This document shows, in pieces, positions 15,677-31,944 of a stretch of 64,000 bases of DNA. The translations under genes and the position numbers were made by a program. The stretch is from the human T2T-CHM13v2.0 reference genome, Homo sapiens. The notes under the pieces are model-generated. The model was not told where the DNA came from and did no database searches. It saw only the letters and a list, made by a program, of their open reading frames with translations. Every line of letters starts with the position of its first letter. Position 1 is the stretch's first letter. The DNA is taken from assembly GCF_009914755.1 (NCBI RefSeq), contig NC_060939.1; one strand, given 5' to 3'.

Positions 15677-16235
15677 TTAAGGAGATTGGATATTTTCGTG
15701 TGTTTTTCAGCCAATTGTAATATGGGAATTGATGAACTGTCCATTTTTGTTGGATTATTTTCTTTTTTGAGTGGGTATGCTTGCTCATTTTTGTTGTAGC
15801 ATTTATAAATATTCCTTAGAATACAGATGTTTTTATACTTTGTGACTTTTGAGTTTCTAATATTGTTTAAAAAGTATTAAAAAATTCTCTTTAAATTTTG
15901 GTCCCATAAGCAGCTCATTTGAGGAGCTTGTAGATTTTATGCAAACATGAGCCCATGCTTCTGTAGGAAAATCTTAAAACTGAGGTTTAAGGTGGTGCCT
16001 CTAACCTGTTTAATTCTCGTTCAGATCAAATTCTGAAATAATAAAAAGGTGGGTTTTGGAGGTTTTCTGTGTATGTAAACTGGAATAAAAAAGTGGTTTT
16101 TTTTTGTTTTTTTTGTTTGTTTTTTTACTTAGCTTTATCCTAAAATAAGAAAGTTGTCTCTTGAGATTTTTGAAAAAGTAGTTGCCTCCCACTCTGCTAA
16201 ATATAGGAATGTCATTCAGCAATTTGGTTGTGATT

Positions 16236-16599
<364 letters not shown>

Positions 16600-16644
16600 T
16601 CATACTCTTGAATATGGGCCTGTCTGCACACATGTGTGCATCCA

Positions 16645-16985
<341 letters not shown>

Positions 16986-17216
16986 ATCAAAGGATAGGGG
17001 ATGATGGTGCAATTGATGTTAAAGCTTCAGCTAGGACAGTTGACATAATCAGACTTACTAATCAACTTTTTCAAAATGCAAAACTTTAAAGTAAATACAG
17101 CTGCTCTGAGCCTGGAATGTTATTTTCTTTAGATTACTAAAATACTATACTGCCACATTCATGGGAGTTCTACAGATGTACTTTTTCGGAGCCTGTGTAG
17201 TGGGAAATTGTTTAGA

Positions 17217-17420
17217 GCAGTAGTTCCCAGTTCTGTCTGCATGTTAGGATCATCTGGGGACCTTCAGATAAAAATGTTGGATGAAAATATATATATTCAT
17301 ATTCTACCCTTGACAGTTGAATCAGAATTGCTGGGGGCAAAGCCCAATTAATGGTATTTTTTAAGTTCCTCAGGAGATTCTTATATGTAGCCAGAATGGA
17401 CAGGGGTGGGTGGTACTGAT
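17217..17420. mobile_element. MER5A-like MITE
   Basis: cagtagttcccag...gaatcagaattgctgggg...cctcaggagattcttatatgtagccag. Confidence 0.7.
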
Positions 17421-17719
17421 TTAGAGTTATAACTAGACAAGATGTAAGGTTTTAGGTTGTTCTATTGTCCTAAAAGTTAAATGTACTGCTGCTAGTATTA
17501 GTACTAGTTTTCTGATTATAGTGATTTTACTCAAACTGTTTTTGTTTGGTTTGTTTATATCCTTTAAAAAGGATGAAGAGCTCTTTATTTCAGCCAAGAG
17601 CTTGAATTGGCTTTTCACTGAACTATCAGTTTTGGTGGCACACCGAAGTGAATTTCTCTCCTTTGACAAGTCCTTGTAGGGAGTGGTGCTATAATCATAA
17701 ATTAAAAAATAATTTCTCC

Positions 17720-17885
17720 ATGTATTCAAATCCTACTAGCCTATTTTATCCTGGACCAAAACACTTAACCTCTGTAACCTCATCTGTAAAATGTAAATCA
17801 TATCTAACTTGCATAAAATATTGATGTGAGTATTAAATGAAATAATGTATATAAAGTATCTAGCATTGTGCCCGGCACTAAATAA
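17720..17885 (+). mobile_element. MIR
   Basis: acttaacctctgtaacctcatctgtaaaatg...attaaatgaaataatgtatataaagtatctagca. Confidence 0.8.
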
Positions 17886-18537
<652 letters not shown>

Positions 18538-18819
18538 CACATTGTTCTTTTTAAAAGAACTTCACTACAGGTGCTCCAGTGCAGGCTAGATTACGTTTAT
18601 AGTTGAATACTTTAAGTTTCATACAATAAAATTTACACTGGAGCATACAGTTCTCTGAGTTTTGATAAATGCCTAGAGTTGTGTAAACCACCACCATAGT
18701 TAATTTACAGAACAGTTTCCCCTCACCATCACCCCTCAAATTTCTTTCTACCCCATTGTTTAGTCAAACCCTCCCCCACCTTTAATATTTGGCAGCTCTG
18801 GATTTGTACCCTATCCTTA

Positions 18820-19330
18820 CTTATTTATTTCTATTTATTTTCACTCATTCATTTAAGACAGGGTCTTACTCTTTCGCCCAGGCTGGAATGCAGTGATGCG
18901 ATCATAGGTCACTACAGCCTTGTGCTACTGGACTCAAGGGATCCTACTCACCTCAGTCTCTAGAGTAGCTGGGACTACAGGCATGTGTGTCATCATGCCT
19001 GGCTAATTTTTTAAAAATTTTTAGTAGAGGTCTTGCTTTGTTGCCCAGGCTAGTCTGAAACTCTTGGGCTCAAGCAGTCCTCCCGCCTTGGCCCCTCAAA
19101 GTGTTGGGATTACAGGTGTGACACCAATCGCCCACTCCAGCCCCACCTTTTTTTTTTTTTTTCCCCAAAGAGAGATGGGGCCTCACTGTGTTGTCCAGGC
19201 TAGAGTGCAGTGACTGTTCACAGATGGGATCCTAGCACACTACATCTTTGAACTCCTTAGCTCAAGTGATCCTCCTGCCTCAGCCTCCTGAGTACCTGGG
19301 ACTACAGGGATCTCCCACCTCTTCTGGCCT
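18820..19330 (-). mobile_element. AluJ (18820-19132) plus free Alu monomer (19147-19330)
   Basis: Antisense Alu sequences. Confidence 0.88.
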
Positions 19331-19739
19331 GAGCCCTGTAATTTTGCCTTTTCCACTGTGTCATTTAAATAGAATTGTAAATCAATTTTTAAAATGGGCT
19401 TTTATTTTCTTGTTAGGTTTTTAGATTTTTAAAAAATTATTCTAGGTACAAATTCTTCATCAGAAATGTAATTTGCAGGTATCTTCTCCTAGTCTGTGGT
19501 ATATCTTGTATTTTCTTAACAGTATCTTTTACTTTCGATGGATTTCAGTGTATCCGTTTTCTCTAATGGATTGTGCTTTTGATGTATGTACGAACTATTT
19601 GTGTAACTCAAGGTCACAAACATTTTCTTTAAGTTTTACAGTCTGATTTACATTTGGGTCTGATCCATTATTAATTTTGTATTAAATGTGAGCTAAAGTA
19701 CATTTTAAAAATATGTACATCTTAATTATTCCAGTACTA

Positions 19740-20085
<346 letters not shown>

Positions 20086-20544
20086 CTATTTCTGGTCTCC
20101 ATTCCATTCTTTTGATCTGTATATCTTTTTGCCAGTACTGTAACTTCATAGTTATGTTTTGAAATCAGGTGTTCTGTTTTAAAATTTTTCAAAATTTGGC
20201 CACTCTAGTTTCCTTGGTATTCCATATAAAATTTAGAATCACTTTGATGTTTATCCAAAAAATATTTGGAGTTTGATTGGCATTGAGTGGAATCTATAGG
20301 TCAGTTTGGGAAGAATTAACATTTTAATTATGTTGTTTTCCAATCCATGAAGATGGCATCTCTCTCCATTATTTAGGTCTTATTAAAATTTCTTTCATCA
20401 ATATTTTGCAGTTTTCCGTGTACACGTTCTTCACATATTAAATTTATACCTATGTATTTCACGTTTTGGTGCTATTGTAAGTGGCACTTTAAATTTTTTT
20501 GATCTTCAGTTATTCATTACTAGTATGTAAAAATATAGCTGATC

Positions 20545-20856
<312 letters not shown>

Positions 20857-22917
20857 TGATCTTTTTATATTGGCCTTGGACTTCGCTAAACTCATTTCTT
20901 CTAGGAATTTTTTGTAGATTAATGGGATTTTCTGCATAGCCACATACATAGTCATCTGATTAGAAACAGCTTTTTTCCTTTCCAATTTCTTTTATTTCTT
21001 TTTCTTGCCATATTGTATTTGTAAGACTCCGTCCAGTACAGAGTTGACTGAGAGTGACTGGGCAGCTGGCCTAGAAGTGCCTCTTCTAGGCACTTCTTTT
21101 TCGTTTCCTAGTTTGCTGAGAGATTTTTATAGTAGTGGATGTTGAATTTTGTCAAATGCTTTATTTATATCCTATCCTGTGACTTTTCTTCATTAGGCTT
21201 TTAGTGTGGTAATTAAATTGAATTTTGAATATTTAAAACTATCCGTGCAATCCCAGGACGAACCCCACTTGATTGTGGTGTAATTATCCTTTTTATATAT
21301 TGCTAGATTGTATTTCCTAATATTTCATTGAGGATTTTTGCATCTTTGTTCATGTAGTAATTTTCTTGAAATGTCTTTGTCGGATTTTGATATCAGTGTG
21401 ATCTTATGGAAATTGGGAAGTGGTCCCTCCTATTCTAGTTTTTGGAAGAGTGGTGTAGAATTTTTTTTTTTCTTCCTTGAATGATTAGTAGAATTTTCCA
21501 GTGATACCATTTTTGGTCCATGAGTTTTCTTTGTGCAAGAGAGTTAATTACATACTCAGTTTGCTTAATAGATATAGGATCATTCGTGTTGTGTCTTCTT
21601 TAGTGAGGTTTAGTAATTTGTGTCTTTAAGAAGTTGGCCTGTTTTATTGAGTTGATGAATTTAATGGGCAAAGAGTTTGTAGTATTTGCTTATCATCCTA
21701 GGTAGAGTTTTATTAGTTTCATTGATCTTTAGCACTAGCTTTTGGTTTTGTTTCTCGGTTTTTTTCTTTTTTTTTTTCCTTTTTAATTTCATTGACTTCT
21801 GCTGTTTATTATTCCCTTTCTTCTGCTTGCTTTGGGTTTTTCTTTTTCTTTTTTTTCCTGAAGTGTTTGAGATCTTTCTGATTTTCTTACATAAGCATTT
21901 AATATGATAAATTTTCCTGTAAACACTGTTATGTCCCACAACTTTGATATGTTGTATTTTCATTTTTGTCTAGTTCAAGATATTTCTAATTTTCTTTGAG
22001 ATTTCCTCTTTCAAGCTTGGATTTAGCAAAAGATGGTTTAATTTGGAAGTAGGCTGTCTACATATTCAGTGGATTACTGAGAGAGGAGTGTTGAAATCTC
22101 TTAAGTATAATTGTGGAATCATCTATTTGATTTCTATCAGTTTTTTCTTTATTTTGAAGTTACTGCTGCTAATTTTTCTTGTTCTGGAGTTTGCTTTGTC
22201 TGATAGAAATATGGCCACTGTAGCCTTCATGTGATTAGTGTTTGCGTGATATATCTTTTCCCATCTTTTTACTTTTAATCTGTATATATCAATCATTACA
22301 TTGAAAACTGAGCTGTTATGGACAGCATAGAGTTTTGCCCTTTTTAAAAAAAAGATCTGAGCGGTTGCCCTGCCTTTTAAATGGTTTGTTTTGAACATTT
22401 ACACTTGATGTAATTATTTACGTGGTTAGATTTAGGTCTTTTAAAATTACTTTTCTCTTTGTTCCTCCTTTTTCTGCCTTTTGGATTACTTGAAATTTTT
22501 AAAATATTCTACTTGATATATTTATTGGCTTTTTAAAAGCTTTTCTCTTGGTCTTACTATTTTAGTGGTTGCTCTAGGGAGTATAATCTAACTCTTGACA
22601 TTCTAGTTAAGGTAAATATTTTACCTTCTCAAAGTAAAACAGGTTTTTTTCCTAGCCTCTTTATATTACAGTTGTCGTATGTGTTATGTCTAGAAACATT
22701 TAACTCTTCCTACCAAGCATGATGTTACAGTTTTTTATTTCAACAGTTTTATAAGTTTTCAAGAATTTAAGTGGAGAAAAATAGTGTATAATATTTACCC
22801 AGGTATTTACCATTTCTGTCGCTTTTCCTTCTTTCCTGTAGTTCCAAGTTTACCCCCATATCATTTCCCTTCCACCCAAAGAATTTCTTATAGCTTTTCT
22901 TTTAGAGCAGGTTTCAA

Positions 22918-23125
22918 TCTCTCTCTCTCCCTCTCCCTCCCTCCCCCTCTCCCTCCCTCCCTCCCCCTGTCCCTCCTTCCCTCCCTCCCCCTCCCTCCCT
23001 CCCCCTCTCCCTCCCTCCCTCCCCCTCTCCCTCCCTCCCCCCTCCCTCCTTCCCTCCCTCCCCCTCTCCCTCCCCCTCTCCCTCCCTCCCTCTCTGTCTC
23101 TCTCCCTCCTTCCCTCTACCCCCCG
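22918..23125. repeat. CT-rich (CCCT)n-type polypyrimidine tract, ~200 bp
   Basis: Almost pure C/T run abutting the tail end of an antisense AluJ. Confidence 0.95.
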
Positions 23126-23139
23126 CCCCGCCTCCGCCA

Positions 23140-23386
23140 AAGACAGAGTCTTGTCTGAGGCTGGAAGGCTGGAGTGCAGTGGTGTGATCACAGCTCATTG
23201 CAACCTCAGCCTCCTCAGCTACTGGGACTAATACGCCACCACGCCCAGCTAATTTTTTGTAGTTTTTGTAGAGATGGGGTCTCACCATGTTGCTCAGACT
23301 GGTCTCGAACTCCTGGGCTCAAGTGATCCTTCTGCCTTAGCCTCCCAAAGCACTGAAATTAGAGGCATGAGCCACTGCACCTAGCC
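23140..23386 (-). mobile_element. AluJ with internal deletion
   Basis: Antisense Alu. Confidence 0.88.
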
Positions 23387-23684
23387 TGTTTTTTGCTTTT
23401 TTGTCTGATAATGTGTTTGTCTTCATTTCTGAACTATACTTTTAGTGAATACAGAATTCTAGCTTGATACCTTTTGATATCCTATAGGGGCCTGAGAGAT
23501 TGTTTGTTTTTAAAAAATATTTCTTCTCTCTTTTGTTAAGATTGGATAATTTGTGTTGCCATATCTTCAAGTTCACTGACTCTTCTGTCATCTTCTTTCT
23601 GATAGTGAGCCGGTCCAGTGAGTGAGTTCTAAAATTTTCATTTTTTTAAAAAATAGTAAACTCTTTCTTTTTTGAGAATTTCAG

Positions 23685-24616
<932 letters not shown>

Positions 24617-26144
24617 ATAACTGCTTTAAAAGTCTTTGATAATTGTAATATCTGGGTCATCTAGGAGTCAGCATCTGTTGATTATCTTCTGCTTTAAGAA
24701 TTGGTCAGTTTTTTGTTTTTTGTATTTGCTGTGTTTGGTAGTTTAGATTCTATCGCGGACATTTTGAATATTGTATTGTGAGATTCTGAGTCCTGTTGAA
24801 GTGCTGTAGAGAAAGTTTAAGATTTGTTTTAGTAGACAAATTGACCTATTTAGTTTATACCTGCAAATTCTTTCTCATCTTACATAGGCAGTGGTTCCAT
24901 TATCTCTTCAGTTTTCAAAGTCTTTGCCATGTTGTTTGCATTTGCCCCTCCCATTCCCACTTTGGTTGATCTAGCACTTGAGCAGTGATTTATATCCTAA
25001 TTTTATTGTGAAAGCCTCCCTTACACTTCTTTGGATCTGTTCCATATATATATAGATAGCTTGCAGCTGGGCCCACAGACTTAGGGATCTACTTTTCTGT
25101 CTCTTAATCATCAGTGATTTCACCTATATTCTTCAGCTCCCAGGGGCCTTCTTTATTCCCCTAGCCAGAAGCATGGAATTATAGTTTGAGTCTCCTACCT
25201 GTCATGCCTCACATGGCAGTGAGCACATTTAGGGAGCCCTTGCCCTAACCATATTAAATAAAAACATGGTGGTGGAAACTAGGAATCTGTTTTAACAAAA
25301 CTTACCATAGTTACTTTTGATAAACCAATAACATATTTGGGAACTTGTGGCTAGAAACAATATTTGGCACTAGCAACATCAAGTTATACTCCCTCCCCTC
25401 TGTTTTTTCCCTTTTTGCAAGTTGAGGCTCTTAACAATTCCTGAAATAGTTTACCCCAAGCACCCTATCCAGTGGTAGAAAATACAGTGTACTGGATGCC
25501 ACAAAGTTATAGTCATGCAATTTTAGTTAATAACAGGAGACTTAAGTCTCTTGATTGATGGAGAGACTTAAGATTTAGCTTATTTTACATATAGCTAAAT
25601 CTAAATTAGTGACTTTATTTCAGTTGTAGGCAAATCCTCTTGTTAAAACTTGTTTTTAATTTCTGAGTTCTTTTAAAAAAAAGTTTTACATCACATTTCT
25701 AAGAGCTGGAGATGACAGTGTCTCTGTTTTCTGTTTTCTCTACAAATAAACGTATAACTTAGGATCAGTTAAAATATTTCTTTTCACATCTTAACTCTTA
25801 TAGATGGGTGGTGTCTATCAGCAGTGCTCTGTTAAAGACAGATTCTTAGGGGAGTGTGGGTCCAGAGAAGTAAGGAGTACCTAGATTAGCAAAATGTACT
25901 AAGGTGAGTAAGTGAGTGTCTGTATCTTTGGCTTTTGGAGGGGAGTATGCATGTGTGTAAATTTTTCTGTAACAAATGGTACTGTCGAAAACAATTGACA
26001 TACATTTCTTTCATGACACTATTTTTATACAAGATTACTTTAAATCTGTAGCTAACTACGGTCTGCTTGTGGTGAAGTAAAGTGGTTTTAGTCCACAGAG
26101 ATCTTTTTTGGAAGGTTATTTGATGTAGTAAAATTATATATGAG

Positions 26145-26330
26145 ATAAAAATAAGCAGACACATGTTTGAGTTCCACTTCTGCTATTGTAACTAGCTCTT
26201 GTATCTTTGAATGAGTCAGGCCTTGCTGACTTCTTAGGCCCCGTTGCATTTTGAGTTAAAATTTTGTGCACAAATAGTGAGCTCACTAGTTTTATGGGAA
26301 ATGGAGATATTTGTGACAGCATTGAATGAT
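26145..26330 (+). mobile_element. MIR fragment
   Basis: gtttgagttccacttctgctattgtaactagctcttgtatctttgaatgagtca. Confidence 0.5.
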
Positions 26331-26521
26331 AAGGCAGTAAACTTTGGTTTTATTTCATAGTGGTAACTTTTCTTTCTTGAAATAGCAGCCTAAAAGTATG
26401 CCCTGTAAACTACTATGTGGTACAGTATTTTTTCATTTTGGTTAAATATCTCTGAAGTATCCTTCTAACTTAAAAGTGATTTGAACTCATTTGAACTATT
26501 CAGTGTATAAGGTATTAAATT

Positions 26522-26967
<446 letters not shown>

Positions 26968-27312
26968 TGAAATTTTGATTACATTTAGTGTGCTGATGTG
27001 GCAGTCTGCTGAAATTATTTTTTTTTTGCAATTAAGACAGCGCCGGATTTACTATAGTAACTTACTTTCTGTTTAATTTCTTTTTGGCTTATTTTTAATC
27101 CTAAAGAAACCTGACATAGTAGTGTGGCAGACTATGTTTAAATAGTCTTGATCTTATCATTCAAATATATTTCCTTAGAGGAATAAAGAAATAACTCTAG
27201 GGATGGAAATTTGGGTGGAGTATTGTGGAAATTTAACTTCAACCTAGGAGTTCACTAAATGTCCATGAAGTGCTATTACCTTAAAATGACTTTTTTTCCC
27301 CTCCTTCTTTAG

Positions 27313-27380
27313 AATCCAGCAACTATCACAAGAATACTCCTTAGCCACTTCAATTGGGATAAAGAGAAGCTAATGGAAAG
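27313..27380 (+). CDS. ARIH1: ARIH1 internal coding exon (68 nt, phase 0 to 2; exon 2 by recall), UBA-like region
   Basis: Acceptor ttttttcccctccttctttag at 27312, donor AAG|gtaagg at 27381. Translates NPATITRILLSHFNWDKEKLME(R), which I recognise as HHARI/ARIH1. Splices in frame to 54082. Confidence 0.97.
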
Positions 27381-27755
27381 GTAAGGAACTATATTGTCAG
27401 CTTTGTACTTAGAAGTAACACAGAAAGCCTATTGAACCGAATTTACAAGAATCAAGTAAGGGAATTGATGAATATACCAGTATGTGGACAACCCAGTGTG
27501 CAACTAGTGACTGCTTTAATTTCTTGTATTCCCCTTTTGTAAATTTTGCAGTAAATTTAATGTTAGGGAGTTCAGTCTTAGTGTTTCTTTTTATTTGGGA
27601 GTATGTGTGTTTGGGGGTGGTGCTTCAGTATCTTCTACATATATCCTCTTGGGTACCAAGAACTGAAAGCAGGTAGAGAAAAAAAGCACCTGATAACATT
27701 CTTGGAGTACATGAGTAAGATCCTCCTTTAATTACTTAAAAAGATTTCTTGCTCA

Positions 27756-28053
27756 TCCGGGCATGGTGGCTCACGCCTGTGATCCCAGCACTTTGGGAGG
27801 CTGAGGCAGGTGGAACACGAGGTCAGGAGATTGAGACCACCCTGGCCAACATGCTGAAGCCCCGTCTCTACTAAAAATACAAAAATTAGCTGGGTGTGGT
27901 GGCGTATGCCTGTAGTTCCAGCTACTCAGGAGGCTGAGGCAGGAGAATCACTTTAACCTGGGAGGCGGAGGTTGCAGTGAGCAGAGATGGCGCTACTACA
28001 CTCCAGCCTGGCAACAGAGCGAGACTCTATCTCAAAAAAAAAAAAAAAAAAAA
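27756..28053 (+). mobile_element. AluSc-like
   Basis: TSD ttcttgctca. Confidence 0.95.
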
Positions 28054-28578
28054 TTCTTGCTCACAAACCTTTAACCTGTTATTAGTAGCATTTATTCAGT
28101 AGAAACAAAATTGAGAAGTTGCTTAGGCTTTTCTGGCCACCAGACCAGGTGCTTGGACTGGTTCTCTGGTTTCAGGGCAGGATTCTATTCCATTGGGTTT
28201 TTAAAAATATTTTCTTTCTGAAAATCTTTATAGTTTTAAAAGAGAAGAAATTAGTGGGACTGGAGAATGACAGTATTAATGTCATTCTTAATCTTGTTCT
28301 GCTCTTTAGTTTGGAAATTTGTTTGAATGGAAATTTGGGACACTTGTTAATGGTGAGGTTGACAACTTATGTTTATTTCATTATCAATTCTAAATTTAAT
28401 AAAAAATTAAACCTAGTTGTTGGGAACTGACAACCCATATATTATAGAAATAAATGGAAAGTATTTCCCATTTGATTTTAAAATTCAGAGAGTACTTTAT
28501 AAAACATAAATAATACCGAGAATATCACCCCATTTCATACACCTTGTATCTATTAAATTACATTGTAAATAATATCTA

Positions 28579-28612
28579 TTGTTACTATTAAATTACAATT
28601 TAATAGTAACAA
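28579..28612. repeat. Perfect 16-bp inverted repeat with 2-nt spacer
   Basis: ttgttactattaaatt-ac-aatttaatagtaacaa. Confidence 0.95.
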
Positions 28613-28686
28613 CTATCTCAAAACAAACACATACTGTATAAAGCTTTCCCATGGTTCATGAAGGATAACATGTTCAACTAGTTTGA

Positions 28687-29029
<343 letters not shown>

Positions 29030-30084
29030 TGACCGTATTTTTTGACATCAGTGGTGTTTCTTAATTTTGGTAACATTTACTTTCAGGTTTTTTTATTTGA
29101 TGACACCTCTACTAGGAGAAAGAGTTTTTATCGTTTACTTGTGAAACTCTAATGAATTAACACTGATTTACTCAGAGTTTCTCTCATATTAATGTATTTC
29201 TCCAAGACATTCTGAATTTTATCCTATAACACTGCTGAAAATATTTTTCCATTAAATATTGTACTTAATATTTGTGTACTATTGGATTTAATGTTGTACT
29301 AAATTTTGTACTTTATATGGGAACTGTAGCTTCTGCTCAGTTTTTCTGGGAACCTTAAACTGTCTAAAAAAATAGGTGGTAAGTGTGAATTTAAATTAAA
29401 AGGAGGTTTCTGGGAAACTTCTGAGTATGTGAACGTTTCAGTTTCTCCTTGTAGTTTCTGTAGAGAAGCTATTGGATACCTAAAAGATTTATAATTCAGT
29501 CTTTAAATAGTGTCTTTAAAATCAATATGCAATATCTTTTTGTCTCATTTAATGATTTTCACATTATATTTTATGTTGTCTGCTATTAGCACTGCCACAC
29601 TTTTTTTTTTTTTAAAGCATTTGACTGATGTATCTTTTCCATTTTTTAAATATTCAACCTTTCTGGGTTTTAGGAGTGTCTTTTGTAAATACCATGTAGG
29701 TGCCGTTTAAAAAAATCTGAATGAAAAAACTATTATCTTTTAATATCAGAGATTAACATATTCATGTTTTATAATTAATGTTTAGATTAAATTACTGTCA
29801 TTTTAAGTTGTGCTTTATATTTGTTATGTTTTCTGTTCGCTTATTCTGTTGGCCTCATCAGATTTTCCTTTTTCTCGAATAATTTCAAATTTATATATGT
29901 ATTCTATTTCAGTTTTTCTAGTCACTTTTACAATTTGTACATGCCTACTTACAACTATATAAAAGTTTCTAACAATATTTACTTGAAGTTTTAATCCATC
30001 CTCTGTACAAGACAAAAACTGTAGCATAAATTTTTTTCTTTGTCCTTTCCTTGTCCCTATCAGCTTGATAAGTTGATGTTTGAA

Positions 30085-30388
30085 TTTTTTTTTTTCTTTT
30101 CTTTTTGAAACAGGGTCTCACTCTGTCACCCAGGCTGGAGTGCAGTGGTGAGATCATGGCTCACTATAGCCTTGACCTCCTGGACTCAAGCAATCCTTCC
30201 ATTTCAGCACCCCCAGTAGCTGGGACCACAGGCACGCATCACCATACCTAGTTAGTTTTTATATTTTTTTGTAGAGATGGGGTTTCACCATGTTGCCCAG
30301 GCTGGTCTCAAACTCCTGGACCCAAGCAACCCTTTCACCTTGAACTCCCAAAATGCTGGAATTACAGACATGAGCCACTGTGCCCAGT
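30085..30388 (-). mobile_element. AluJ
   Basis: TSD gat(g/a)tttgaattttt. Confidence 0.93.
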
Positions 30389-30791
30389 CGATATTTGAAT
30401 TTTTTATTTGATTGTAAGCATTTTTACTATGTATGTATTTAATGCCCCCCCCCCCCTTTTCTGGCTAATTCGCTTTTTGCATACCACTATTTTTTTTCTA
30501 AATACACTGTTTTTCTTAGAATATATCCTGTAATATAAATTGTTTCACATGTGACAAACTTTAAGTCGTATAATAGAAACTCTTAATATACTGAAACTTA
30601 CTGTAATATTTCTGGATGTGAGTTTTGAAAACATAAACTGTTGGGCCCTTTAAGTCTGACAATTCATATTTTTGGTTTTGGAAATTCTCAGCTGTTATTT
30701 GTTCAGCATACCTTTTCTCCATTCTCTTGATGCTTTCTGGAATTCCTGGATCCATGTTGAAACTTGGGGATCTCTTTCCATGTCTTCTAAC

Positions 30792-31090
30792 TTTTTTTTT
30801 TTTAAGATGGAGTCTTGCCTCTGTCAGCCAGGCTGGAGGGAGTGCAAGTGGTGCCATCTCGGCTCACTGCAACCTCCGCCTTGTGAGTTCAAGGGATCCT
30901 CCTGCCTTAGCCTCCTGAGTAGCTGGGGTTACAGGCACCCACCACCATGCCTGGCTAATTTTTGTATTTTTAGTAGAGAGAGGGTTTCACCATGTTGGCC
31001 AGGCTGGTCTCAAACTCCTGACTTCAGGTGATCTTCCCCTCTCTACCTCCCAAAGTGCTGGGGTTACAGGCATGAGTCATTGCATCCAGC
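30792..31090 (-). mobile_element. AluS
   Basis: TSD catgtcttctaacttt. Confidence 0.93.
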
Positions 31091-31474
31091 ATGTCTTCTA
31101 ACTTTCTAAAAAATACTTCTTCTGTATTCATCTCCCCACCCCCAGCACTTGGGCAAGTGCCAGTGACTGTACTCATCTTTGTTTTTGACTTTGTTCTGTG
31201 AAAATTCCTCAGTTTATCTTGCTTTTCTTCCTGCATCCATTCTGCTTTATAGTCGTATTGAATTGTTTATTCAACAGTATCCATCTTATTCCTTTTAATA
31301 ACTTTGTTCTTGTTTTGTGGGTACAATTTTTGCTTTATCTCTCGGTTTATTCTTACATTAAAATAATTAGAATTAAATAATGAGAATACAAAGATGAGAT
31401 GTGGCTGAAAAGGTCCAGGGCAATTTACAGTCTTAAGGGTTTTTATTAGAAAAAGAAAATGAGGTAAAAAACTG

Positions 31475-31782
31475 GGCTGCGCACCATGGCTCACACCTGT
31501 AATCCCAGCACATTGTGAGGCCAGGGAAGGCAGCTCACATGAGGCCAGGAGTTTGAGACCAGCCTGGCCTACATGGTGAAACCCCATCTTTACTAAAAAC
31601 ACAAAAGTTAGCCAGGCGTGGTGATGGACACCTGTTATTCCAGCTATGCAGGACGTGGAAGCTGAGGCACGAAAATGGCTTGAACCCGGGAGGCTGAGGT
31701 TGTGGTGAGCTGAGATTGTGCCATTGCACTACAGCCTGGGCAACAGAGTGAGACTCTGTCTCGAAAAAAAGAAAAATAAAAA
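31475..31782 (+). mobile_element. AluS
   Basis: TSD aatgaggtaaaaaa. Confidence 0.93.
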
Positions 31783-31944
31783 CAAGAGAATGAGGTAAAA
31801 AAAAGGACCAAGCCTTTGAAACAGGAAGTTAGAAAAATAAAATAAACCCAAAGAAAGTAGAAAAGGTATTTAAGATAAAATTAGATATTAATGAACTAGA
31901 GAGCAACAACAACAACAAAAAAGATAAAGATCTTTGACATGAAT

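Noticed and set aside
22784-23288. Pro/Ser/Leu-rich and Gly/Arg/Glu-rich ORFs on both strands
   Set aside because: Translations of the CT/GA low-complexity tract.
29313-29375. Similarity to 32990-33050 suggesting a local duplication
   Set aside because: Both look like L1MC/MD 3' termini with several mismatches; independent insertions explain it.
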